A DNA stretch of 63,985 bases, filler included, from Hausera hauseri (GCA_046269625.1; 12 parts of 12 records of this genome joined end to end with filler, not necessarily neighbours in it); one strand, 5' to 3'. Counted from the whole stretch's first letter, positions 50,901-63,182 are shown. The notes: generated by a model not told the origin, from the sequence alone. Numbers and translations are program-made.

Positions 50901-51380
50901 GGCGACACAGACTCTTTCTTTTTAGAATGTTCCCATGTTGATGTAACAAATCAATTGCTACCAGCAATGTTCCGGGATGGATTATTGGATACATCAAACT
51001 ATGAAAAAACACATCCTCTGTATCCGAAAACTATAATGAATAATATTGGAAAGTTCAAGGATGAAAGTGAGGGTACTAAACAGTTTATGGAGTGGATTTT
51101 CTTACGCCCAAAATGCTATAGTATTCTGACAAATGAAGGTGAAAAAATGAAAGCTAAAGGAGTAAGACTAGACATAACAGATATTACTCATGAAGAATAT
51201 CGACGAGTTTATGAGACAAGTGAACATAGAACTGTAAATCAAAGAAGTATTCGTTCCTTCAATCACCAGTTATACACGGTTGATTCAAAAAAGACAGCTC
51301 TAACATTAATAGATGATAAACGTTGTTGGTTAGAAAAGAATAGGAGTGTAGCGTATGGTCACTATTTAACGATGAACTAG
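47997..51380 (+). CDS. polB: Intact protein-primed family B DNA polymerase, 1127 aa (terminal-protein region, OTU-like protease, exonuclease with EndoVII-like insert, polymerase)
   Basis: NDDNCCFIYS/HYVAV; YADFES, FHNLRGYD, FIDSY, LDVHLLADVF; CYLC..DHDH.TG..CNKCN; YIDINNLYG, KLKNNSLYGK, AGDTDS. Confidence 0.97.
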   Translation: MSTQFNITNKQNMDALDMIPSKRARIEKNVERDLNGNVVNLMFDITDKHMKIVSVPENIKKQLEQEIEKIGTCKIQFGVKLRFQKEEDKKDACISKRAVSYSETFLRDGSSSLNESIEKYSEQSSGWRVEKLLEIFFILTKTSEIIYLSGKSYIPSPRALSKSNSTVNVKNDDNCCFIYSILAVLKYNVITGNRHRPQNYIQYFKEIQFNEENMPMKINSIPQFERQNSKISINVFKYRESIDSDDDEREIFKNPNIDVIYRTRNPTGTPVNLLLLEDTDKYHYVAVTNLDRLLNINKRFVRIHRKWCHVCLHGFKSDVTYRKHISLCKSNPDGTTMYTLPENNELKFADWSKTISPAYAVYADFESVLIPDEKYTQKHMPAAAGLLLVGLNGDIRYYDFVGDSCIVQFLKCLELLGNEVVLQWYKENSNTPMKPLNAEQWNSFLSSKNCYLCQKTCNKLVQDHDHFTGQYLGSACNKCNLARKIHITLPIVFHNLRGYDMHHILKHAINKFPKWNIKCIPQSMEKFQALIIWTDSITLRFIDSYQFMNGSLAALAKNLNDYPITKKRFSSDMIRGKGIFPYNLATSISVLQNMTELPPKWNGVSDEEYTHAQQMWINTNCNNMLDYMMVYLSLDVHLLADVFEMFRKKSIEDDELDAANFYSVPGLSWASALKSLEQPMELLQCPEMYHLFESGIRGGMTFVNKHHVKSTEETKLLYIDINNLYGWALSQKLPFRNFQWITDDNELQLIFNNLQQTNTDGNIGYVAEVDLNIPEFLHDYLDDLPVAPEKSCPPGSKVMKLMLTHLPKNHYIVHWRILKFYQKLGVEIVRIHRAIRFDQDYIFKQYIDENTEKRARSTNKFNKDFYKLKNNSLYGKTVENLKKRKNVRICNTVKKLVTYTSKVSFKKSMKIADDLIAVLLNKENVCLNRPIYVGQVVLDLSKLRMYQLQYEELSMYRSEFSCDIRIVAGDTDSFFLECSHVDVTNQLLPAMFRDGLLDTSNYEKTHPLYPKTIMNNIGKFKDESEGTKQFMEWIFLRPKCYSILTNEGEKMKAKGVRLDITDITHEEYRRVYETSEHRTVNQRSIRSFNHQLYTVDSKKTALTLIDDKRCWLEKNRSVAYGHYLTMN

Positions 51381-51579
51381 TGCTCGGTTGGAATGAATAT
51401 GTTTTGCATTTATTTGTCATTGCTTCAAATACCAGAATTCAGGAACAGTATATGACTATTTGTAAATACTGTGATTCAATATAATAATTTCTTTGTTTGT
51501 TTTCTTTTCCTTCGTAAATTTTATATAAATTTATTACATGCGTTGCCTTGAAACTTAATAATTCTGTTATAATAATCGC

Positions 51580-51995
51580 TGGCGGCACCTTCAAAGGCTG
51601 CGAATTTCTTTATATATATATATACTCAACTCGCAAAGGAAAGAAATTAGCAGTCTACAATTTAGAGGTGGTATTCCTTTATAGGTGCTCAGCTCACAGA
51701 GGAATACCACCACCGGCGGCAACTTCAAAGGAGGCGGTATTCCTTTGTGTTCTCGACTTTTCCTTCGTCGGCAACTTCAAAGGCGGCGGCATTCCCTTTG
51801 TGTTCTCGAAGTCACCTTTCTATCTAAGATTTATAGAATTCTCGAAGTCTGTGTGTTTAGCCCACATAGAAAAGACCGCTACCAGCGGTAACTTCACAGG
51901 CGGCGGCATTCCCTTGGTGTTCTCGAAGTCACCTGTCGGCAACTTCAAAGGCGGCGGCATTCCTTTGTGTTCTCGAAGTCACCTTTCTATCTACT
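51580..51995. repeat. Subterminal tandem repeats (GGCAACTTCAAAGGCGGCGGCATTCCTTTGTGTTCTCGAAGTCACCT, 4 good and ~2 degenerate copies) and putative right terminus
   Basis: Copies at ~51715, 51769, 51885, 51938; 12-bp inverted repeat 51667-51678/51700-51711; end reads AGTAGATAG on the minus strand. Confidence 0.75.
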
Positions 51996-52139
51996 CACGT
52001 CATATGTCGCACATGATACCGACGCAAATCGGTAGAGCTCGACGAGGCGAGAAAAATTTTATAGCGCAGCAAAACTCAAAAATGTTACGGGACGTCGGTA
52101 CAAGCAGAAGAAGCAAAGCAGGAAATGTGTTTCAAGTAA

Positions 52140-54854
52140 CAAGGCACGTGTTACTGGCGAAACAGTGTTCGGTTGAAAATGCCACACAATCACAGCGCTG
52201 CACGGTAAACAGGCCTATATTTGTCCCGGTTGTTCTACAGTTCATGATGATGATCAAATCAATTATGAACAATTCTATAATCAGAACAAGGACCACTTGA
52301 ACCAGTTTATGCGGTTGAAAAAACAGATACTCATGGATGCAACAAAAAGCAACAACAACAACAACAACAACAAGGAAACGTCAAGCATCCACAAGCCTTG
52401 ACGAATATGTGCAAAGCAGTAGCAGTAAGCATCAACAGCAGGAACAGCAGGAGGAGAAGATACCTGTCACATCGAGCTGTGCCCTATTCAGAGGATTTTA
52501 TTGGTGGCGTAGGCGAAAAGCTGGACGAAAAAAACGTCAACTATACGGAAAAAGGCAGGGGATGACGAATAATCAAAATTGTCACTCGGTTTTATTATAA
52601 CAAAGTCGAGTGACATAATTTACCTGTCCGGACGTTCATTCTTACCAACATCTGAGGCTCTGAAACACTCACATGCGATAGTGAATGTGAAAAATACTGA
52701 TGATGAATACTGTTTTCCAAACAGTATTCTAGCAGTATTAAAATATAATGAGGTGTCCAGGCAACATGCAAATTGTCCAAGTCGGTATCGGCAGTATTTT
52801 TCGGAACTGGATTTCGATGAAAGCTGGATGCCGATGAAACTAAAAACAACTGCAAAATTTGAACGGCGTAATCCAACACTGGCAATCAACGTGTTCCGGT
52901 ATAACACAATAATTGAAATACCGGCAGATGAAGAGATACAAAAATCCACATGTGGATATAATCTACCGCAGTCGAAAACTGAATGGACAGCCAATATATT
53001 TGTTGTTGTTGGAGCAGAAAAAGTTCCATTACGCTGCAGTGACAAATCTAGACAGACTGCTGAACATGGCACATGAACAGATCATCAAAAAACGAATGCA
53101 ATGTAAATGGTGTCCTTTATGTTTACACTGATTCAGGTCAGAAACTACATGGGAAAAGCATGTTACGCTGTGTAGACAACATTGCTTAGGAACAACAAAG
53201 TACGTCATGCCCGTCAAAAAAGCTCTACGATTCAGTGACTGATCAAAAACGGACAGTTCGGCATACGTCGTATATGCCTATATCGAAGCAATTCTACCAC
53301 AGCACAACGTGCATGACCAGAAGCATGTTCCAATCGCCTCCGGCATGCTGGTTGTACCTATTAAAGCCGATGGACAACAGAAATACTACGTTTTCCACGG
53401 ATGGAATTGTGTTCGTGATTTCCTACATCAGTGGGAGACTAGTGGAAACGGAAATCGCGTCGTGGTATAAGAATAATAGCACTAAACCCTTGGTCTGGGC
53501 AGACAAATATGAACCGCTGCTTTTCGCTGCCACTGACGAATATTACCTGTGCCACAAAATATTGCCGTTCGGTGCACAAGAACAGCTCGTACCGGATCAT
53601 GATCATTTCACTGGTCGATACTTTGGAGCAGCATGCAATTCATGCAATTTGGCAAGACGGGTGCGGACATTCCTGCCGGTGATATTTCATAACTTCAGGG
53701 GTTACGACTGTCACCATATTCTTAAATGGGCCACTAATGAATTTCCACACTGGAAACTGTCCATAATCCCAACAACGATGGAGAAATACCTGTCTCTGTC
53801 GGCACGCATAAACCAGTTCCAGGTGCGATTCTTGACTCATTACAGTTCCTCAATGAGTCTGTAGCAAAGCTGGTAAATGCCTTGCCGGATGTGCCGCTAA
53901 CACTGACAGTTCCACGCGCATATTGCACGCAGCAAAGGCATATTCCCGTATGACTTTGTGATATCGTTCGAGCGGCTCCAGACGGCAGACGAATTACCAC
54001 TGCAATGGCCCTGTATCACAGAAGTAGAATAGCACAAAGCACAGTCGTTTCGGGCAGAACTCGGCTGCAGAAACCTGTTGAACTACATGCTTCAATATCT
54101 GAAATTGGGCGTGTACTTGTTAGCCGATGTGTTTCAGACATTTAGAGCTAAAGCGTTGGCAGAAGATAGGCTAGAGCCACTCATAATTTACTCAATACCC
54201 GGAATGAGTTGGGCGTCAGCTCTGATATCACTGTATCGGGATATCGAACTATTGCAAGACCCGGGAATGTACCGGCTGTTTGATTTTGGTATTAACGGTG
54301 GCATGACTTGTCAACAAGCATCAGGTCAGTGCTACCGATACCAAATCACTGCTGTATATTGATATTAATAACCTGTACGGCTGGGCGCTTTTGCAGCCCT
54401 TGTCGTACGGTTCATTCGAATGGGTAGTAGACAGACAAGATCTTGACGACATAATGGTTAACATACCACGAGCAGACATGGTAGGCTCTTTCGGATACCT
54501 GATGGATGTCGTTATCGTGGTACCAGATGAGCTGCATTACGTTTTGGACGATTTACTGGTCGCAGCAATTAGCTAATGTCCTCCATGCCCGAAGGTGAAG
54601 AAACTGGTTATGACGCAAGAACCGAAGCTGAATTACGTGGTCCATTGGCATCTGCTACAGTTCTACATGCGGTTGGGTGTACGCGTCACACAGCTGCATC
54701 GTGCAATCCGCTTCAATCAGGCGCTGATATTCAAGGCGTACATTGATGGAAATTCGGCGAAACAAGCCGCAGCTTGCACAAAGTTCGAAAAGGACTATTA
54801 CAAGCTCAAAAACAATTCCCTGTACGGAAAAACAGTGGAAAATCTGAAGAAGCG
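52140..54854 (+). pseudogene. Degenerate pPolB copy B (same family as copy A), with N-terminal leader; truncated by the contig end
   Basis: RKRQASTSLDEY, NVKNTDDEYCF, DHDHFTG, FHNFRGYD, YIDINNLYG, KLKNNSLYGKT; internal deletion at ~52460. Confidence 0.95.
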
Positions 54855-56275
54855 NNNNNNNNNNNNNNNNNNNNNNNNNNNNNNNNNNNNNNNNNNNNTT
54901 AATTAATTAANNNNNNNNNNNNNNNNNNNNNNNNNNNNNNNNNNNNNNNNNNNNTTCTCCCTAAGAGATACTTCTGCATGCTGAGGAGAGTTGAAGAGCA
55001 CGAGAACCTTATCTGTGACATATGAAGCATTTTGTTGGTGACATGAACACGATATTTGGCCAGATTTTTAGCACCTATCTGAAATTGGTGGATTACTATG
55101 CGTTGGATGATAATCCACGTCAAATGCGGTTTGTGGAAGATTTTATCAAAGATTGTGATCATTATCATGAGATTGGTGAATCCGACATTCCAACGTGGTA
55201 GTCTGCGGATCAGATTTGTTTAAAGCTACTTCTCAATATAACTAATTCCGATGGACTCATTCATACTCCTGCTGAATTGGTTAATATGTGTGGTTTGTGT
55301 GGTGGTGGTGGTGGTTATCCGACTTTATCATTATTGGAGACTCGGATTTAGTTTGAAGTGAACTTGTCTGTTTTTGTGTAATTCAAACAATAGAATAAAG
55401 ATATATTCTTCTGGTTAATTTAATTAATAAAAACAACAACAACACAAAAGTGATCATAGGTAAAATCGACTCAGCTCATTGAGGTGAGTACAAATTTTCA
55501 GATGGCCGAAACTAGGTCAGCCTATAATTTTTAGCGATCAAACTCATTGCGCCAATGTGACTACCATCTAAGATGTCTTAGTAGCAACGGTCAAGGTTCG
55601 AGAAATAAAATATGCCTGTAGGTGATGATCAATTACTTGTATATAGTATTAACATTAAATGGATGAATGTTCATAATCAGAATTATATCAATTATATGGC
55701 GACGGAATAAATAAATAAAACTTTAGATTTTAGCAATAACATATCGTGTTATTTTTTACCAACTTGCAAAAGTCTAATCGTGAGGCGCTTGTAATATAAA
55801 ATGAGCTTCGCGTCACGTGCTACGTACCCATTGAATTTCCCTCGCCATTTTGACTTGAGCAATGGGAAATTTTTAGAGCTTAAATTTTTCCCGTCAACTT
55901 TTCCCCATGTTTACATATTCGAACAGCATTGAAAGTGTGTCCATTCGACTCGCCGACATTGATTTGATGTACATCCATCGTATTAGTACGCCATGAATGT
56001 GTGACGCGTTTCTTGTGATGAATTTCCTGTTTTCCTTTTTCGTCTTCTAGCTCCTTTCCTTACATTGCGGACTTACCCGAGCTATAAACTTTTGTTCGCC
56101 TCGCCGAGCTATATCGATTTGATTCGGCCTGACGTCCAACGCTCTTACCACAGGATGGAGGGTCACAAAATTTTTAGTGAAATGTTCGTTATAGCACGAT
56201 AGGTGGAGAAATTATATATAAAACCAATTTGGAAAAAATTTTTGAAAGTAGTAACGAGCTGACACTTCTACTTAC

Positions 56276-59200
56276 TGTGTTTGTTATAATATACAGCTGG
56301 TGCTCTATCGACAGTATGATCGTTTGAAACAGAACAGTCACTGATTGTCATCATTCTCCTTGTCCTCCTTGTCCGTTTTCTTCTACTGCTCCTCATTCAT
56401 AGACACGCCGATAATCACCGTGGTTTATTTCCATCTGGGCCAGATGAACGCCTTTTGCTAGCATTTTCGGTTCACAGTTCGTCAGAAGTCTGTGGCCCTT
56501 TGAGCGCAGAAATATCCATTCTCGATACTGAACCCTGCCTTCGCTTTCATTTTTAGAACAACCAATTTTGTTTGTGATGGTGCTGCTGCACAGTGGATGA
56601 TTCTGCGGGTAATTGGACATGTCCAGTTATCCATCTGACTTCATTTGCTGTAGGAGCTGTTCCTGATTTCTGTTTTCCAGCCGCAGGAAAAAACTATCTG
56701 TAACACCGGCAACTATATTAATCTTGCATGCGTCAAACATTTGCCGGTAACGTGCCAAGTCGCGATACTGTAGCTCGTACATGCGCAACTTGCTGAGGTC
56801 TAATACCACTGGCCTATATAGCTTGGCCGCTCCAGTACGACTTCTTTATTTAATAGTACGACAACCAATCCATCGGCAATGTGCATTGACCTCCGAAATT
56901 GTGCACTGCTGGTGTATGTAACCAGGCGCTTTTCGCTGTTGCACAGGCGCACATTTAGCCGAATTTTCAGATTCTCCACTGTTTTTCAGTACAAAGAATT
57001 GTTTTTCAGCTTGCAGTTGTCATGTTCGAACTTTCTACAAGCTTCGGCTAGTTTCTATAATTTCCCATCAATGCACTTGTTTAATGTGGCCGCTTGATTG
57101 AATCGGATAACGCGGTTAATTTTGCAACGCGTACATTGAGCTGCATGTAAAATTGCAGCAGACGCCAATAAAATATGTAATTCAGCTTGGGTTTATGCAC
57201 CATGAGCATTTTCATCGTCTTTGAGCTCGGTGGACATTGGCTGATTGGTGTGACTGGTAATTCGTCCAGAAAGTCATGCAGCTCATCTGGTACCACGAGA
57301 TCGACTTCCATCAGGTAGCCGATTGAGATATTTTCTGCCGTGTCTGCTCTCGGCAGATTTTCAATTATGTCGTCCATTTCTTGTCTGTCGACTATCAATT
57401 CCAATGAACTGTAGGACAGGGGTTGCGGAAGCACTCAGCTGTACAGGTTATTAATATCAATATACAACATTGACGTTGTATCATCACTGGTTATGCGGTG
57501 TTTGCCATGAATACAAACATCAAACAGTTGGTACATTTTCGAGTCTTGCAACAATTCAATGTCCCTATCTTGTGACAATAGTGCTGACGCCCAACTCGTT
57601 CCCGGTATAGAGTAAAAGTTGAGTGGCCCAGCTTATCTTCTGCCAACGCTTTAGCCCGAAATGTCTAGAACACGTCGGCTAATAATTACACGTCCAGTTT
57701 CAGATACTGGAGCATGTACTCCAACAGGTTTCTGCAGCCAATCTCTGTCCAAAATCCCTGTGCTTTCTGCTATTCCCCTTCTGTTATACCGGACCATTGC
57801 GGCGGCAATTCTTGTGTCATCTGAAATTACTCGTACAATACCGCAAAGTCATACGGGAATATGCCTTTGCTACGTGAAATATGTGTGGGGAACTCAGTTG
57901 AGGTTATCAGCATATCTGGTAAGGCATTTACTAACTTTGCCACTGATTCATTGAGAAATTGCAATGAATCAAGGAATCGTACCCGGAACTTGTTTATACG
58001 AGCAGAGAAGGACAGATACTTCTCCACTGTTGTCGGAATTACTGATAGTTCCCAATGAGGAAATCCATTAATGGCCCATTTTACGATATTATGACTGTCA
58101 TATCCTCTGAAATTATGAAAGATAACCGGCAGGAATGGTCGCACACGCATTGCTAAATTGCATGAATTACATGCTGGTCCCAAGTATCGACCTATAAAAT
58201 GATTATGGTCCGGTACGAGTCGTTCTTCTGCATCAAACTGCAATATTTTCTGGCATAAGTAGCATGTATCGGTGGCAGCGAAAAGCGAGGGTTCATATTC
58301 GTCTGTCCAAATTAATGGCACATTGAAATTGTTGAGATACCACGGTTTGATTTCCGTTTTTACTATTGTTTCCAACTGGTGCAGGGAATCGTGTATACAT
58401 TTCAAACTGTGAAACATGTAATATTGTGGCTGTCCGACAGCTTTTATTGTTAGAAATAACATACCAACGGCAATTAGAACGTATATTTTATCTTATATGT
58501 TGTGCCGTGGTAGGATTGCCTCGATATTGGCATATACCACATATTCCGGACTGTCAGTTTTCGACCAGTCACTGAATCGGAGCTCCTTTTTGATCGGCAT
58601 GATGCACATTGTTGTTCCTGAGCAATGTTATACGCATAGCGTCACATATTTGTCCCATGCTGTTTCTGACCGGAAACCATGCAAATGTAGAGGAAACAAT
58701 TTACATTGTATTTGTTTCTGGTTGAAATGATCATGGACCATGTTCAGTAATCTGTCCAAATTTGTCATTGCCACGTAAAATATTTTTCCTTTCTCTCTAA
58801 CAATAATAAATATATTGGGCGTCCATTTGGGTTCAGACTTCGGCAAATTACATCCATATGTGGGTTCATGTGGTTCTTCATCCGCAGATATTTCTATTAT
58901 TGTATTATACTGGAGCACGTTTATTGACAGTACAGAATTAGGCCGTTCAAATGTCGGAATTGTTTTCAATTTAATCGGCATCCAATCTTCGTCAAATTGC
59001 AATTTGGCGAAATACTGCCGATATTAATTTGGACCATTTGCATTGTCTCTGTTCATTTCGCTGTACTTTAATACTGACAGAATACTGTAAAGGAAACAGT
59101 ATTCATAATTGTTTTGCACATTAACTACCGCACAATACTGCTTCAGAACTCCAGTGTCGGTATGAATGACTGGCCAGACAAGTAAATTATGCCACTCTAC

Positions 59201-59853
59201 TTAAAGCCGAAAGTGACGATTTTTATAATTCGCCATCCACTACCCTTTTCGGCGCAGTTGACAATTTTCTCATTTAGCTTTTCGCCTACCCCTGCGATAA
59301 AGTCTTGTGAATACGGTACTGCTCGATGTGACAGGTACCATTGTTTCCTGTTTCCTTGTAAATTTTCGAATTTCGCAAGTGCGTAATATTGCACTTTATA
59401 GTGTTGCTCTTGATGTTGGAATTTCTTTATTTCAGATTCCAACCAGCGGTGCACTCTGAACGGTACATGCCTCAATTGTGTTGTTGTTTTTGCTGACTTG
59501 TCCACTTTCACGTCAACGTACGATCAGTTCATATCGTACTTGACAGTAATGTCAGATTCATGCTGCGCCTGTTCTTCTTCTTGTTGCTAGGTACAGGTCC
59601 AGATGTATTCGTAAAGACTTGTTGAGGCCTGACGTTTCCTAGTGGTTGTTGCGGAGATGTTGCTTGTTGTTGCATCCATTAGTATTTGTTTTTTCGACTG
59701 GTTTAAGTGGTCCTTGTGCTTGTTGTAAAATTGTTCATCGTTGATTTGTTCATCAACTACTGAACAATCGGAAAATATAGGCCAGTTTACTGTGCACCGT
59801 TGTGACGCCACAGAATTGCTCCATTCTACTATGAAATCACCAACGTCATGCAC
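56276..59853 (-). pseudogene. Degenerate pPolB copy C (same family as A and B), near full length, 3' tip truncated
   Basis: RKRQASTSL, GSGWRI, DHNHFIG, FHNFRGYD, KGIFPY, YIDINNLY, VAGVTDSFF, WIFLRSK. Confidence 0.95.
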
Positions 59854-59960
59854 CGTACCANNNNNNNNNNNNNNNNNNNNNNNNNNNNNNNNNNNNNNNN
59901 NNNNTTAATTAATTAANNNNNNNNNNNNNNNNNNNNNNNNNNNNNNNNNNNNNNNNNNNN

Positions 59961-60720
59961 TTACCAATTGGTCCAGAAAATTATCACTCTTAATAGGAAT
60001 GAACTTTTCTTTTGTCTTTTCTGTTGGGATTTTCCGATGTAAACATTCTTCACATTTTCCAATGACATCTTCTACTTCTTTGATAAACCGGGAACTGTGA
60101 AGTGATGTTAAATATATCGTTTTGTTTTCTTCATAATCAGATGGTATAGATCCTCATGTATCTTCCGGATGAAGTCCTTCCGAATATTTTTTGGAACAAC
60201 TGGTATTCTGTGGTTCAGATCTTTATATACAAGGACTGTCTGTCATTTTCAATTTGTCGATAATATTGAAAATCTCCTTCGAGAGTTGTACCTTCTCCAC
60301 CCTTGAGCCCTCTAATAGACATTTCACTTGTATTTCTGTACATTCTTCTTGTTCGTCTTTTATCCATTGTAAGGTTGACCTGATCAATGATGGATTAATA
60401 TGCTTTACACGTGCCTTTTTTGTTTCGGATCAGCATGTCTTGCTTGACATTAAGCACACATATCCTCATACAGCCACGACTATCCATTTGCGTTTCCATG
60501 TTGTTCGATCTTCCTATTTTCTAGTGTAAAATTAAAACCTGTCATGTTTTCTAGCCACGTATGGAATTGCGGTGTTACTGGCTTGGCAGCGGCCTTCATA
60601 TATACCAACGACTTATGATCCGTTCTAGCCGTGAAGTGCTTACCATACAGATACTGTTTAAAATGCAGCATAAACTTTTTAATGCCCATAATTCCTTTCT
60701 TGTGACGCAGTAACCTTTCT
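59961..60720 (-). mobile_element. Gypsy RNase H / integrase zinc-finger remnant
   Basis: HFKQYLYGKHFTARTDHKSL, HGNANG, IRKIHEDLYH...CEECL. Confidence 0.75.
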
Positions 60721-60859
60721 CAAAAGATAAAAGTGAACATTTACAGAACAGTCAAGTTTCGTCACAATTATAAACGTTTCTATCTTTATATTCTTTTAAC
60801 TTTGCCATATAAAATTCCTTAAAATTAAGAACATAACTTTTATCTACGGTTTTAGATTC

Positions 60860-61485
60860 TCCAATAATTCTTTTCAATGATATCATATGCCTGGAAAGAA
60901 AAGAATTAAGCCAACCATTTGATGCTTTAAAATCACGATTTCCTAAGTGTTTTGCTAATTCTAATGCTTTCTGTTGTAATTAATCACCACTGACAATGAT
61001 ATTTCTTGTTCTCTGGATCTGAAACCATTCATATAGGATGGCATCAACTTGATATTTATTACTTAAATGTGGTTTTCGTTTTTGTTTGGTATTCAAGTTT
61101 AAATTCAAAATGGAGTCTCTGGATTTCATAAGATTATTTACACAACTTAAGGAAAGATTGTATTTTTATGAAAGAAAGCGTTGAGAACAACCTTTATCTT
61201 CATCAAATAATTTTAACAATTTCTGTTTCTCTTCGATGCTTAAATTTTTTCTCTTTCGTTTTGAATTTGTATTCTTCACGTTCATAAAGGACAATTAAAA
61301 ATTGAATATTTAAACAAAAAATTAATTAAATTGTTAATTTATTTTACGTAATTATTGTTTATTTTTCAGAATAAACAGAGTTCGTATTATAAAACGAAAT
61401 TTTCCATGAAATCCATACAGTTTCCAACAATTTTTGATTTAATGTTCATATTAGACTGTGTTAATATTAAACATGGTTCATATTG
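60860..61485 (-). mobile_element. Tigger/pogo 5' part (CENP-B-like HTH) with TIR at 61460-61485
   Basis: KRKNLSIEEKQKLL, VDAILYEWF..QR.RNI.VSG..LQQKALELA..LG..DFKASNGWL; the TIR is the inverse of 63183-63206. Confidence 0.85.
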
Positions 61486-61489
61486 CAGC

Positions 61490-62845
61490 ATCTCGATTTT
61501 GTAAATATCGTACGTTAACTCAACTGACGAAATGCTCCCAGCAGGGTTTCTGGTGTTTAAAGATTCCTGCACGTTGTCTTCATAGGGCAGAATTGCATCT
61601 CCATGGTCTTCATACATGTCTTCCACACAAATCGGATATACCTGTTGTAATTTGATACAGTTTCTAAATCCGTGTCCACTTTTTCCACATATCAAACATT
61701 AGTTGTTTAAAGGACAGTTTCTTCTAATGTGTCCGTATTTTCCACATGAAAACAATCAACCTTAGATAGCACTTTCACTTTCGGCGGTGGTAACTGTTTT
61801 ACGAGGAAGTAGAGCTTACTGGTTTCATGATACGCAGAGTACGTTGGAGCCTGTCTTCTCCTGCCTGCGATCAAACTGGAAGGTGGTTTCTTGTCCTGAG
61901 CAATTTTGTTGTTCATCGACCTTGTTTCAAACCTTTCTTTTTTCGGATACTCTGTTCTACTGATATGTATGATCGGTCTTCCATCATATATCATGGGTTT
62001 CACGTATCTTATCTTTCCGAAATTTCGGTTGGGAGACTTTACCGCATCCCGGAAGGATTTCTTCACTGGAGCCACTTCTATAAACTCTTCTAAGATTTGG
62101 CTATCTTCCAAAATTTTAGCCTCTTCCCTCATCTATTCTACCGTCATTTCTGGTTTGAAAACAAACCGCTCTCTTAGCACTTTTGAGCTGATTTGCTTTC
62201 TTAGCACCTCTTGAACAAAATCTTCTTTGTTCAACTCAAAAATTTTGTCAGTTGCTTGGCGCACTCTGATTTCAAATGTCAGAAACTTTCCTCCTTCTTT
62301 TTGATACATGTTGGCCAATTCAACTACCTCTTCGAGAAGGTTCATCTTCCTCATAAACGTCGTTTTAAACCATATTATGGCCTCTTCGTCCGACGGTTGA
62401 TTTCCCTTTTTGTTTGAAATCCGTTCACAGAACTGTGGCTTGTTCCGTTAACATGAATTTACATAGCTCCAAACGGCCGTCGAAAAAATTTGTTTGCATG
62501 AATCATGTCTTCCAACCATCGTTTTGCCTCATCTGTAAATGACCCGTCAAATTGCCGAAGTGAGGCATCGTCGTATTACTGGAAGTGTTCGTGATAGTCC
62601 GGAGGACTTGAATTACCTTGTCCCATTGTTCTGGTTGAATCTCCAGTAAATAAGACTATCACAAATTAGTTGATAGTACAGTAGCCGCCGCTTAACATAA
62701 TTACATTTGGCCCTACCGATCATGATCACTATAACCGAATGATTCTAATAAATGACGTTCATTAAGCGCTAAGTAAGCAAAAATGGAATGTAATATTCAT
62801 CCTGTTAGCCAGGGACGCGTCCACGCTGTCCACTTGGTCGCCAAA
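61490..62845 (-). mobile_element. Gypsy gag remnant with PBS-like TGGCGACC (62836-62843)
   Basis: CLICGKSGHGFRNC knuckle plus a second frameshifted knuckle; Q.EG.KF.TF..RV capsid-like motif. Confidence 0.65.
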
Positions 62846-63182
62846 CTTGGGTTGGGTTGAAAAATCCCTGCCTCCTAGTATATCCGCTAAAGCGGAAGTT
62901 GACCGTTGTTGAAAATTTTATTATTATCTTAAAATACTTAGTTCGAAACAAATTTACTAAAATTCTCAATTCAAATTAAACTTTTAATATTAAAATTTTA
63001 AATTAAATTTATGGTTGGTAATCTTTTTAAATTTTAAATTTGCTTTTAATTTAAACTCAGAATTTTAGTTGAGTAGCTTGAGTAGCTCCTTGTTGTCACT
63101 CACCTAAAAAGCTTCCTTCGCCCTGTTGACTCATTCCTGGTTAGTCACCTTACGGCCGAACTTGACTTCCAGGTTGGATATA

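Larger units (their letters stand above)
45457..51995 (+). mobile_element. Polinton/Maverick (adintovirus-like) element, intact right arm; left part missing at the contig start
   Basis: Co-oriented core protein, MCP, adenain, DEDD-like ORF and pPolB, then subterminal repeats ending ...CTATCTACT. Confidence 0.92.

Noticed and set aside
51715-51990. CRISPR-like array
   Set aside because: Units are ~50 nt with no regular unique spacers, there are no cas genes, and the context is eukaryotic; better explained as subterminal repeats.
51548-52300. 250-aa ORF
   Set aside because: Translation of the tandem repeats (GNFKGGGIP iterated) that crosses the putative element end and starts at TTG.
54955-55350. 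Interrupted reading frame
   Set aside because: Looks like a decayed coding fragment, but I recognised no family motif.
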